Assembly: GCA_026004395.1 (NCBI GenBank)
Contig: BPJB01000001.1
Span: forward strand, 777,226 to 841,225
Direction of reading: 5' to 3'
DNA: 64,000 nucleotides
Source: Patescibacteria group bacterium
GTDB taxonomy: Bacteria; Patescibacteriota; Microgenomatia; Levybacterales; UBA12049
Both the position numbers and the translations under genes were made by a program. Below, one piece after another: positions 20,575-30,312 of the stretch (the stretch's first letter is position 1; every line of letters begins with the position of its first letter). The notes beneath the pieces were generated by a model. It had not been told where the DNA came from, searched no databases, and worked only from the letters and a program-made list of their open reading frames with translations.

Positions 20575-21522
20575 TTATTTTGAATTTTTACTGGTTTTTT
20601 CGACCTTTGAATTTTTAGATGTGCTTTTTCCTTTTGAGTTTGGACTTTTAATTTTTTCATTCTCTTTTTTCTCTATCTCTTTTTCCACTGCTTTCTTATC
20701 TTTTGCTATTGCCTTATCTGTCGCTTTTGATGATTCTTGGGCTTTTTTCTTTTCTTTGGATGAAGAATCTGTCTCTTTCCCAGATTCTGGCTTTGATGCT
20801 GTTTTCTTCACAGCCTCAGTTCCCACTTTCCCCTCAATCCAGGCATCAACAATATGATCCACAATAAGTTTTATAGATCCTACAGCATCATCATTAGCAG
20901 GAATTGGATAATCAATTATCGTTGGATCTGCATTAGTATCTGTAATACCAACTGTTGTGACACCCATTGCACGTGCTTCCTTAACTGCTAATTGTTCCAA
21001 ATGAGTATCGATAATAAAGACTGCATCAGGGATTTTGTTCATCTCCTGTACTCCCCAATAGAAACTTTCCAGTTTTGCTCTTTCTTTTTCCAAAAGAGAT
21101 AGTTCTTTTTTTGTAAATCGAGCTTTTTCGGAAGGATTATGCAAAATCTCAGTAAGCTCTTTAAGTCGTTTGAAGTTTTTGGAGACTTCTTGAAAATTGG
21201 TCAGAAGTCCTCCCACCCATCTATTAGTGACAAAATAGAGACCATTAGCGCCAGCATCCTTTACCCTCTGTGCGTTTTCGCGTACCACTGATTCTGCCTG
21301 ACGTTTTGTACCCAGGATGATCATTGTACCACCCTTTTTTGCAAGGTTGAATACATAAGAGGCTGCCTCATCGAGTCCTTCTTTTGTCTTTGCCAAGTCA
21401 ATAATATGGATATTATCGCGAGCTTCAAAGATGTATTCACGAGCTTTGGGGTTCTGGCGTGTGACTTGATGTCCAAAATGACATCCTGCCTCTAATAATT
21501 CTTCAAGAGTAATATTTTTCAT
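20575..21522 (-). CDS. rpsB: 30S ribosomal protein S2 with Lys/Glu/Ser-rich C-terminal tail
   Basis: LLEAGCHFGH, RWVGGLLTN, DTNADP, IPANDDA. Confidence 0.98.
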   Translation of the reverse strand: MKNITLEELLEAGCHFGHQVTRQNPKAREYIFEARDNIHIIDLAKTKEGLDEAASYVFNLAKKGGTMIILGTKRQAESVVRENAQRVKDAGANGLYFVTNRWVGGLLTNFQEVSKNFKRLKELTEILHNPSEKARFTKKELSLLEKERAKLESFYWGVQEMNKIPDAVFIIDTHLEQLAVKEARAMGVTTVGITDTNADPTIIDYPIPANDDAVGSIKLIVDHIVDAWIEGKVGTEAVKKTASKPESGKETDSSSKEKKKAQESSKATDKAIAKDKKAVEKEIEKKENEKIKSPNSKGKSTSKNSKVEKTSKNSK

Positions 21523-21582
21523 ATATGTCCTTTATTCCTCCATCTAGCTTAAGGTACAGCAAGGACATCTGCTAGATGTGCG
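21523..21582 (-). promoter_or_regulatory. rpsB 5' leader structure (putative S2 autoregulatory element)
   Basis: Stem CAUCUAGC/GCUAGAUG followed by GAGG; loop AUGUCCUU is complementary to AAGGACAU just before the AUG. Confidence 0.6.
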
Positions 21583-21630
21583 TAATGAATATCATTATAC
21601 ACAAAAAATATGTATAATACAAGAAGACGT

Positions 21631-22050
21631 ATGATGAAACATCTACCGCTTCTAATTATCTTCAGCTTTATACTTTTAGGATCTCTAAGTTTTTGGGTAT
21701 TTATTTTTACACATTCTCAACAAACAAAGAATATGCAAAAAGTAGAAACCAAATCGTATTCCTGTTCAAAAATTGTGGAGGAAAAATCAATAATTATCAC
21801 AAATATGCAATTCTCACCGTCCTTATTGAAAATACCGCGATGTTCAAAAGTAACATTTATCAATCAGGATAAAACTGATCATTGGCCTGCATCAGATATC
21901 CATCCAACACATGGAATTTATCCTGAGTTTGATCCTAAAAGATCTCTCAAACCAAATGAAAAATGGTCATTTGTCTTTGAGAAAAAGGGTAAGTGGAGTT
22001 TTCACGATCATCTCCATCCAACAACCTATGGTACGATAGAAGTACTATGA
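21631..22050 (+). CDS. Membrane-anchored cupredoxin-domain protein
   Basis: FSPSLLKI, VTFINQD, HWPASDIHPTH, WSFHDHLHP, GTIEV. Confidence 0.8.
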   Translation: MMKHLPLLIIFSFILLGSLSFWVFIFTHSQQTKNMQKVETKSYSCSKIVEEKSIIITNMQFSPSLLKIPRCSKVTFINQDKTDHWPASDIHPTHGIYPEFDPKRSLKPNEKWSFVFEKKGKWSFHDHLHPTTYGTIEVL

Positions 22051-22589
22051 AATTGGCAATAAAAAAATCAGTCGCTATAGTTTTTTTTCTTGGCATTATT
22101 GCACTTAATTTGACTCTTTTTGTGATATATCGGATATTTAGCGACTTCTCTTCTCCAGAGAATAGCATTGATCAAAATAATCAAAACCAAAAAACAAGTG
22201 AACAAAAAGCAAATGGACAAGCCATAGAAGTTGGCCCAGCTGCACCAAAGATAGAGCTTCTGCGTGTCCTACCCCCTGATATACCTGAAAGTGAACGTAA
22301 AAAACATGAAGATTTTCTCAGAAAAAATGCAAGAGAGACTGCAATTGTTTTTATCAATAGAGACTGTGATTCTTCCCCTACTGTTGCCAAAATAGTTGGT
22401 GTGGCAACAATGAAATTTATAAATGAAGATAAAGTTGAACACACAGTGACCATTGCCGGCAAATCAACATTTACTGTTAAACCAGGAATACCTTATCTGA
22501 TCAAAGTCAATACATTAGAAAAAAATAAATTAATTGCTTATACTTGCGACAAAAAAGATAATTTATCAGGGTATATTTACATCCCCTGA
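22047..22589 (+). CDS. Membrane-anchored protein with degenerate cupredoxin-like C-terminus
   Basis: ATGA overlap with the previous gene; N-terminal TM; MKFINEDKVEHTVTI, IAYTCD, GYIYI. Confidence 0.55.
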   Translation: MKLAIKKSVAIVFFLGIIALNLTLFVIYRIFSDFSSPENSIDQNNQNQKTSEQKANGQAIEVGPAAPKIELLRVLPPDIPESERKKHEDFLRKNARETAIVFINRDCDSSPTVAKIVGVATMKFINEDKVEHTVTIAGKSTFTVKPGIPYLIKVNTLEKNKLIAYTCDKKDNLSGYIYIP

Positions 22590-22674
22590 TATTTTTAGTC
22601 TTTAACTCTAATAATAAAGTTTTATTAACTTAAACTTTTAAGTAAAATCAGAATGGTTTCCTCTCCATTGGGAA

Positions 22675-23697
22675 CTAAAACAAAGATCTCGTCAGATATG
22701 TAGAAATAAAACTTACACATTCATCATATTGTTTATCGTCTTTCAATACATCACAAAGATCCTCTCTCTTGTTACCTCGACTAACTGAAAGAAATGTTGA
22801 GAATGCAGCTGCCTCAAAAAAACAGCGCTTCTTATCAAAAGCTGTTGGAGCGCGCTCACAAAGGGAGAAAAGAAGCACTTTATCCCCTTCATAAACTGAA
22901 GCGTACAAATCAGCAAGCGTTACATAACAGGCTGATGCTATCTTTCCTTGATATGTTCTACAATAAGTCTCTCGTTCTGCAATAAAATTTTTGTCCCATT
23001 TTTTTCTTTCTGCAATACCATGCTCTACAAGATTTTCCCTGTTGCTATCCTCCATGAATACCCCCTCTGCACATCCGTATTGATTGAGATCGTCTAAGGA
23101 GGAACAAATATTGATTGCCTCAGGAATATTGCCTTTTGTTTGTACTAAAAGAAGATGACCTGTGGCATGAGCACAACTCGTATCATAAGCTAAGTTTGCT
23201 TTAGAATCTCCTTGAACAATTCCACATATTTTTTTAATCGTCTGAGCATTAAGCCTAAAATTAGGATTTGATCCGATGTGTGCCTCAATAACTCCATGGA
23301 AAAAACCGCGAGTGCACGCAAAAGGATCAATATTCTCCAGTACTGAAAGCCATTTATCTGGATCTTTTCTTACTTCCTCTTGTGCAATTTTATGCGCATA
23401 GGGATGACAATATTTTACACTTGGATCCAGTTTTGCCAATCTCTGAAGCAAAATCAATGCCTCCTGAAGAGAATGCTGACTAGTAAATGTTGCAAAAAGA
23501 TCCTGATAACACGCTGTTTTATTTGCATGCGCAGCACAAGTGTCAAAAAATTCACGACTTTTATTTTCAATAGTGGTTTTTCTTTTTTCAACAAAACTGA
23601 AGTTTTTTTTAAAGTAAAGAGAAAAGAAAATAGCAATATCTGCTACAATAATTGCACATAAAACACTACAGATAAAAATAAAGCTTTTTCTCTTCAT
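22675..23697 (-). CDS. Membrane-anchored Cys/His-repeat protein
   Basis: CHPYAH, CTRGFFHGVIE, CAHATGH, CAEGVFME. Confidence 0.75.
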   Translation of the reverse strand: MKRKSFIFICSVLCAIIVADIAIFFSLYFKKNFSFVEKRKTTIENKSREFFDTCAAHANKTACYQDLFATFTSQHSLQEALILLQRLAKLDPSVKYCHPYAHKIAQEEVRKDPDKWLSVLENIDPFACTRGFFHGVIEAHIGSNPNFRLNAQTIKKICGIVQGDSKANLAYDTSCAHATGHLLLVQTKGNIPEAINICSSLDDLNQYGCAEGVFMEDSNRENLVEHGIAERKKWDKNFIAERETYCRTYQGKIASACYVTLADLYASVYEGDKVLLFSLCERAPTAFDKKRCFFEAAAFSTFLSVSRGNKREDLCDVLKDDKQYDECVSFISTYLTRSLF

Positions 23698-24935
23698 CGA
23701 GGTCTTTTATCTCCTAAGCAATAGGGACGATAATTCTTAGGAACATGCGAACAATAACTCTGTATTTCTCTTTGTTTAAGTTTCATTGAAAGAAAATCAT
23801 TGATCATTACGAAACATTCATTATTTCTTTTCTTTTGCGCAAGACAAAAAGAAATTGCTGCCTTACGGGGTTCAAGCGTAGAGTTGAGTAAACTCTTTAC
23901 AGCAATTGACATACACTGTTCAACAAAGCTGTTATCAGAAAAAGCTGTACAAACAGCTGCAAAATATTCATTATCTGCTTTAGGATTTTGAATAAAGGTT
24001 GCTACTCCGTGCAGAAAACATGCTTTCTGCAGAGTCTCGGAAGGAGCGTTCTTACAGTCTCGCAAAACTAGATACGGAGTAAGACGTGCACGATGATTAT
24101 ATAGATGAGAAATTTCTTGCCAACACCCATAGGCTATATTGCCATCATATTGTCTGCAGATTTTTTCTATTTCTGTAATTGTCCTATCATCCCAAGGGAC
24201 AAACTCCGCAATCCCATGAGCAACAAGATTTTCTCTAGTAAAGTTCTCCATAAATATTCCGCTAGCACATTCCTTTTGCAGATAAACTGGTATTGATCGA
24301 CAGATCTTGACTGCATCAGCAATATTTGCATGTGTCTGTACTAGAAGAACATGACCAATAATATGTGCACATGTTTGATCAACACCACGTGAACCTTTTT
24401 CATTTAACATTGCTTCACAAAAACTGGGAATAGTTTTAGAATTCAAGGTAAATGTAGGATCAACACGTATCTTTCCTTCAATAATTCCATGAATAAATCC
24501 ATAGTTACAGATATTCGGATCAACTATTTTTAAAAGCTGTTGCCATCTATCAGGATGCTTCGCTACCTCCTCACTCATTATCTTATGAGCAATAACATGA
24601 CAATCTGATAGACGTTGGTCTTTCTTATTAATTGCTTCAAGGAGTTTGAGCGTAAAAGCAAGATCATACTCTTTTGCCAGTTTGGCAAACATGTCAGAAT
24701 AACAACCATTCCAGAGATCAGTTGCTGAACATTGAGTAAGCAGAGATTGAGATTCTTTCTCAACTGCTTGTTTTTCTACCTGATCTCTCTCCATTTGATG
24801 TTTTTGAGAGATTGCAAAAAGAGCAATGATATCTGCAACAATAATTAGTACCAAAAAATACGCTATGATTGCTAACAATGATGGATGTTTTAAAAGAGGA
24901 AATTTTCTTAAAAATGATATATTTTTTGCCGACAT
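23694..24935 (-). CDS. Membrane-anchored Cys/His-repeat protein (paralog of 22675-23697)
   Basis: CHVIAH, CNYGFIHGIIE, CAHIIGH, CASGIFME; shared IIVADI in the TM and LLVQT-x2-NI motif. Confidence 0.75.
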   Translation of the reverse strand: MSAKNISFLRKFPLLKHPSLLAIIAYFLVLIIVADIIALFAISQKHQMERDQVEKQAVEKESQSLLTQCSATDLWNGCYSDMFAKLAKEYDLAFTLKLLEAINKKDQRLSDCHVIAHKIMSEEVAKHPDRWQQLLKIVDPNICNYGFIHGIIEGKIRVDPTFTLNSKTIPSFCEAMLNEKGSRGVDQTCAHIIGHVLLVQTHANIADAVKICRSIPVYLQKECASGIFMENFTRENLVAHGIAEFVPWDDRTITEIEKICRQYDGNIAYGCWQEISHLYNHRARLTPYLVLRDCKNAPSETLQKACFLHGVATFIQNPKADNEYFAAVCTAFSDNSFVEQCMSIAVKSLLNSTLEPRKAAISFCLAQKKRNNECFVMINDFLSMKLKQREIQSYCSHVPKNYRPYCLGDKRPR

Positions 24936-25078
24936 TACGTTTATAGTACACAGCTTGGGAGAAAAAATTCAAGCATGCCCAAAGAATTATTGCTCAACTT
25001 CTTGCAAGAAATATTTTATGTAATCAAAATTGATTAGAGTTAATTCTGGATAAATTCTCAACGAGAGAAAAATTAATT

Positions 25079-26185
25079 TTACTCTGTGGTATGTTTTTTG
25101 GAGTCGGCAAGATATTCTTCAGCAACTTGAGGAAGAGAAGATAGCACCTGAAAAGTAGGCTTCATTGAGAGATGACTATAGGGACGAGGAAATTTGGTGG
25201 TCATGTACTCTTCCTCAAGCATAGCATCGCTTAAAACTTCATATGGCATTCTACCGTAATATGTTATCCCGCGAACAAATGCATCGAACAGAGATGGATT
25301 ATCCTGCCAAAATGTCTGTATAAATTCCCATTCTTTTATCTCTTGCTCAGCTTGGGGAAGTCTAGCAAGAAATGTATAATATTCATCAAGATTTCCTTCT
25401 TTAATTAATTCCGTCAGATAGTAACTTCGTGCCATATCCTGAATCTGAAATAAAGCTGCTGGAAGAGCTATACGTATCTTATCCATAGCCATTGCAAAAA
25501 GTGCGTTGGTTGAGGCAAGCTGCGCGATCGCTTCCACATAATCGCTTTGTTCACAACTTAACTCATTGGCATGAGAATCTTCATGTGCAATAGTAGAGAC
25601 TAAAAGAGGTTTCTTTTGAGGTGAACCTAAGTAACTATTTTCTTCAAAAAAACCACTGTTTAGTCTTATAATTGCAGGCTGCGAGTACACAGCACCAATT
25701 TGTCTACACTGAGTTCTTCCAAAAGAAAAATATTGTCTCAAGAGATCAGTTGGTCCTCCAAAATCTTCGATGACGATCTCAGGATAAATTAGAGTATTTT
25801 CATTTTTGTAGCCTGCTTTGGCAAGATAAGGAACAAACTCGTTTTGAAAAGCAATTGCTTCATCTAAACTACTAATAACTGGTGCCTCGGGTCTTATTTT
25901 CTCAAGTATTTCTGCGACATCAATAGCAAGATTAGCTGCATTTTCTTTGTTTGGTGGAGGTAAAAGATATGACTCAAGTTTTAAAGAAGGCTGCACTATC
26001 TCCTCCTTTGATAATCTTTGAGAAAAAAAAGAAGCAGCAGCAACCCCCATAAATCTTTATAGCATCTCTCTTCTAGACATAGAAAAACTATCTCTCTGAG
26101 GCAAAGAAGATGTTGACTCAGAAGAAGAGTTATTATCTGCCACTATCTTCGCTTTGTGAAGCAGCTCTGAGTGTTCTGTTGACAT
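25079..26185 (-). pseudogene. Twin-arginine-motif HExxH metallopeptidase-like gene with an in-frame TAA at 26057-26059
   Basis: Frame from ATG 26185 reads ...FSMSRREML*RFMGVAAASFF; downstream IAHEDSHANE...VEAIAQL; TATACT lies 6 nt before ATG 26185. Confidence 0.6.
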
Positions 26186-26335
26186 AAGTTAAGTATAAAA
26201 AGATTAATCAGTGATGTCAACAACTATAAGATGAGTCTTTACTGCTTATAGTTTGATAATTAAAGATTTTTTCACTCATCTGCTTGCTTTATTTGCACTT
26301 AAGTACTATGCTTTCATAGTAAATACTATTTAACT

Positions 26336-27790
26336 ATGAGATCTATCTCAGAAAATCTTAAAGAATCATCTACCAATAAGCATTGGACGATTAACCGTCG
26401 CAAACTGTTGGGTGCAGCTCTTGGCGCTACAGCAGTAACCATCTTTGGAACTGAAACAATAAAAAAAATAGCCTCTGACTCTTCTTCTCCCAAACTAACA
26501 CAACCTTCTTTAGAAGAATTACCTACTGAGCAAACTCCTTCACCACAAATTGAATCTCAAGATATATCTGAACTTTCAATTATTAGTAAAAATGGATCAA
26601 TCGAATTTTCTGAAGCAGCTCTTTTAAATGGTATCGCTGAGATGCGAGATTGGAATATCTTTGTAGATATAGGTCAAATTAATAGAGTAATCTATAGTGG
26701 CGAGGATATTACATTGCAAATTTCTGTAAATAATATAGAGGGGACAGTCGATCCTTTTCTTAAGATTACATCTTGGAGCCTGGATATGACCCCAAAAAAT
26801 ACTAATGATGATTTTATAACTAAAGGTGTAGATTACATTACACCACTAGATAACCTAGATAATCCGAAACGAAAATACAAATACAATATGAAACTCTTCC
26901 CTGCCGGATCAGAAGGTAGCATACTAACTATATCAGTAAATGGGAAGGAGTATTCAAGAAGACTTTTACCTCCTCAATATATCTACCCTTCAACTGACAA
27001 CGAGATAATTTTGGTTTCAGATACAGAATTAGGTCCAGAGAAAGAATCGCTTAAGAATTTATTAAGTAGCGCCAAAACATTTATTACTGATAAGCAACTC
27101 CTTACATTTCTACGCCGTCCACTTTCAGATTACGGAATAGATGTCATTGAAGATCAGGAAAACACAAGATGTACGCCAATTGTCCTTACATCACAGGAAT
27201 TTGCTGATCAAGTAAGTAGCATAGCACGATCAGTCTCAGAAAATATAGGCAATCTACCAAAAGCATTAAGAGCATGGGAAGCTCTTGAAAATCGCTTTGA
27301 AGTAGTAAAGTCACGTCTTCTTGAAAAAGGTATTCAGTTAATAAATCCCTCCTCTAATACACTTGAAGATCCAAAACCCATTTCTCTTGCTGAGTTTATG
27401 TTCTCAAAACCTGGAAAACCAGAAGAAAAATCAAATAAAAATAATCAGTTTGATGTCAAATTAATAACACAACGATTTATAGAAAATATTCTTTTAGATC
27501 CCCAAGGATGGGAAGAAAAGTTTAGACAATTAAACTACACTGATCCAAACACTGCAAGTCGATCTGATAAAGTTATAGTAAGTTATACAGCATCAGCAAT
27601 TTATAATGTCTTTTTAGCTGTTGATCCTGAAAAAACAAGAAAATTTCTACCTGCTCTTCAACCATGGAGCGATAAACCAGATGAGACTTGGATCAAGCTG
27701 GGACAGACTCATGTATTTGACACTGACGCTACTACAGAATTTTTACTAAGAGAAATACCAACTGCTGTTCCTCGACCATCCGCACCTTAA
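26336..27790 (+). CDS. Hypothetical exported protein with twin-arginine-like motif
   Basis: INRRKLLGAALGATAVTIFG. Confidence 0.7.
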   Translation: MRSISENLKESSTNKHWTINRRKLLGAALGATAVTIFGTETIKKIASDSSSPKLTQPSLEELPTEQTPSPQIESQDISELSIISKNGSIEFSEAALLNGIAEMRDWNIFVDIGQINRVIYSGEDITLQISVNNIEGTVDPFLKITSWSLDMTPKNTNDDFITKGVDYITPLDNLDNPKRKYKYNMKLFPAGSEGSILTISVNGKEYSRRLLPPQYIYPSTDNEIILVSDTELGPEKESLKNLLSSAKTFITDKQLLTFLRRPLSDYGIDVIEDQENTRCTPIVLTSQEFADQVSSIARSVSENIGNLPKALRAWEALENRFEVVKSRLLEKGIQLINPSSNTLEDPKPISLAEFMFSKPGKPEEKSNKNNQFDVKLITQRFIENILLDPQGWEEKFRQLNYTDPNTASRSDKVIVSYTASAIYNVFLAVDPEKTRKFLPALQPWSDKPDETWIKLGQTHVFDTDATTEFLLREIPTAVPRPSAP

Positions 27791-28298
27791 GTTTACTATT
27801 CGTAATTATTCTTTAGATTAAAGTAAAATTTGCTTTCTAAAATTGATTCTCTTAAAGTCAACTTAAATTATTTTGAAACTTTCGTTGTTATTTTTTGTTT
27901 TAGCAGTACTCTATTTCTTGTTTAAAAATGTCTTCTCTACACCCCAAAATCTATCGTCAATGAAGATTTATCTTTTTTAATTGATATCATCGAAAAGAAT
28001 GTCTGAGAGCACAAGCTAAACGGAATATGTTAAGTGTTCTTGAGATAAAAATATCTGTAAATTATACTTTAAACCATTTAAGTTAGAATCCAGACAGAAA
28101 ATGCAGATTAAGAATTTATCTTAAAAGACTCATCTATCCTTCCCTATATTTTAAGTTAAATGAAAATATCTTAATTTTTTATTGCATTGTTTTTGCACAT
28201 TAATTGTATATAGTGTATACTATATTGAAATAGGTATAGCACTATAGTACACATATCTTAAAGTAAGTTAGTTTATCAAAACTTACAGATTTTAAAAG

Positions 28299-29687
28299 AT
28301 GAGCGTTTTTAATAAAGAATATATACATACCAATAGAATTTCATCCGTTCGTAAGGAACTTCAAGATTTATTAAGAGAATCTCCAACAGCATCAGAAGTT
28401 GATGATAAATTACTGATTGCTGATCTTGAAGAAAGTCTTAAAGAGACAAAAAGAAAGTTAAGCAGAAGGACGTTTATTGCGGGTGCAGCTGGAATTGCTG
28501 GTGGTACTATTGCTAGTTTTTTGGTTAAAAAATATGATTTAGACAAATCAAGCAATTCAAATTCTACAAAGATCGAACATAAATCTTTTGCAAATACTCT
28601 TAATCCAGACTCTCAACTTGGTGAGAATCCTGCTAACGCAGTTGATTATAAATGGAGAATAGCGATTCCATATGAGATCGCTCAAAATACGATAGATGTA
28701 ACTGTCAGAAGTAATGGTCTAAATATTTCTGAGAAATTAAAACTAAAAGCAGGAGAAAAGCCTGATGTAAATATTCCAATGTTTGTAGGTCCTGATAACA
28801 AATTATATTGTTATCTATATGGAATACCAACAAGTGATAGTGGCATAGTAGAGGTAAATATAGGTGACAATAATTATAATATTTTTCTTAAGAGTATAGT
28901 TCCACAAGTGGGTGATAGAACAGGATTGTTTTTACTTGAAGAAGAAATTTCAGATTTAAAAGATAGTGTTCTTTTTAATAATATTGTTGAAATTTTGGAG
29001 AATGCAGAAATATTTCTTCCTACTGAAGACAAATTTACAGTATGGATACCACAATTAGCTTTTCCAGGGAGAACTGTTATAAGTGAAGATCGGATTGGTA
29101 TTGTTGTGTCACAAGAACAAATTCAGCAATCAAATTTTTTAACATCGGAGTTGCCTTATATTTTGGGTAAAAGTATACTACCAATTTATTTTTCGCCTGA
29201 TAAGCAGAATCTTATAAAACCGGGTATATTGAAACAAATAGGAGATTTTATTGAAACATATCAATCACAAACAACAGTAGGACAACTTAAAGCCAATGGT
29301 GCTAAATTTAATGACGAAGGCCAAATTATTACCTATCCTTCTTATCTTCAAGCTTTACAGGTTGTTTCTTATGATTCAAATTTTACCAAAGCAGGTAATA
29401 TTACTTTAAATTCCAACATTGAAGATTTCAATGATTTATTCGCGCAAATATATACAATTACCGCTAATACAGAATATCTTCAAAAGTTTTCAGACTGGTT
29501 TGATAATACTAATTCCATTCAACGTGCATTTACAGTCCCATTACTTCAAAAATATACAACTTTGTTAGAGATAATGCATAAGGGTGATAGGAGAAATACT
29601 GCCTATAAAAACATAAAAGAATTTTTATCAAAAAGACGAATTGATAGTAGCAATTCTAAATCAAATCAAAGATCAATAACCCCATAA
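28299..29687 (+). CDS. Hypothetical exported protein with twin-arginine-like motif
   Basis: LSRRTFIAGAAGIAGGTIASFL after a ~53-aa N-terminal extension. Confidence 0.7.
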   Translation: MSVFNKEYIHTNRISSVRKELQDLLRESPTASEVDDKLLIADLEESLKETKRKLSRRTFIAGAAGIAGGTIASFLVKKYDLDKSSNSNSTKIEHKSFANTLNPDSQLGENPANAVDYKWRIAIPYEIAQNTIDVTVRSNGLNISEKLKLKAGEKPDVNIPMFVGPDNKLYCYLYGIPTSDSGIVEVNIGDNNYNIFLKSIVPQVGDRTGLFLLEEEISDLKDSVLFNNIVEILENAEIFLPTEDKFTVWIPQLAFPGRTVISEDRIGIVVSQEQIQQSNFLTSELPYILGKSILPIYFSPDKQNLIKPGILKQIGDFIETYQSQTTVGQLKANGAKFNDEGQIITYPSYLQALQVVSYDSNFTKAGNITLNSNIEDFNDLFAQIYTITANTEYLQKFSDWFDNTNSIQRAFTVPLLQKYTTLLEIMHKGDRRNTAYKNIKEFLSKRRIDSSNSKSNQRSITP

Positions 29688-29820
29688 GATAGATTTAAAT
29701 TTAATTTCTGACTAACTGAAATACATGTAATATATTTTCTTAGTAAGACTAAGAATCTTTTCTTATTTAAATTTTTAGAGATTACTGAAAATAATGTTAT
29801 AATCATGTTATACTCTTCTT

Positions 29821-30312
29821 ATGAGCCTCACTAAAGCAATAATTTTTGTTTTATTAATAATGTCATTTATTATTGGTAGTATTTTTCTTGCAACTTTTCC
29901 TTTTTCATTTCTACACAGAGAATTAAGTATTCAAAATAACTCTAAAAAAATTAACTTTTATTGGAATTATAATAATAACAAAAAACTAATATCTTGTTTA
30001 AAAGAAATTAGCACACAAAAACAGCAGCATTTAAATAAAATAATGTTAATAATAGAAGATTCAAATTTGCAAACGCCATTATCTAAACCAATATATGAAG
30101 AAAAGAAACAACTTCTTAAAGTTTTTTTGTATCTTCCAAGCTCTCCTATGATTAAAAATAATAATCTTGCTTATACTAGAGTTGTCTATACAAATCTTAT
30201 TTTTTCTTTAATGGAATATTATAAAATGCAAGATCAACAGAATTGTTTATACGAAGAATATTTGGAAACAAGAGACAATAAAATACGATATTTTAATATC
30301 TCTTTAAAATGA
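29821..30312 (+). CDS. Hypothetical membrane-anchored protein
   Basis: N-terminal TM; extended -10 (TGtTATACT) 6 nt before ATG; ATGA overlap with the next gene. Confidence 0.6.
   Translation: MSLTKAIIFVLLIMSFIIGSIFLATFPFSFLHRELSIQNNSKKINFYWNYNNNKKLISCLKEISTQKQQHLNKIMLIIEDSNLQTPLSKPIYEEKKQLLKVFLYLPSSPMIKNNNLAYTRVVYTNLIFSLMEYYKMQDQQNCLYEEYLETRDNKIRYFNISLK

Noticed and set aside
26057-26059. Stop-codon reassignment as the explanation for the in-frame TAA
   Set aside because: TAA, TAG and TGA all terminate conserved genes in this window, which is consistent with code 11.
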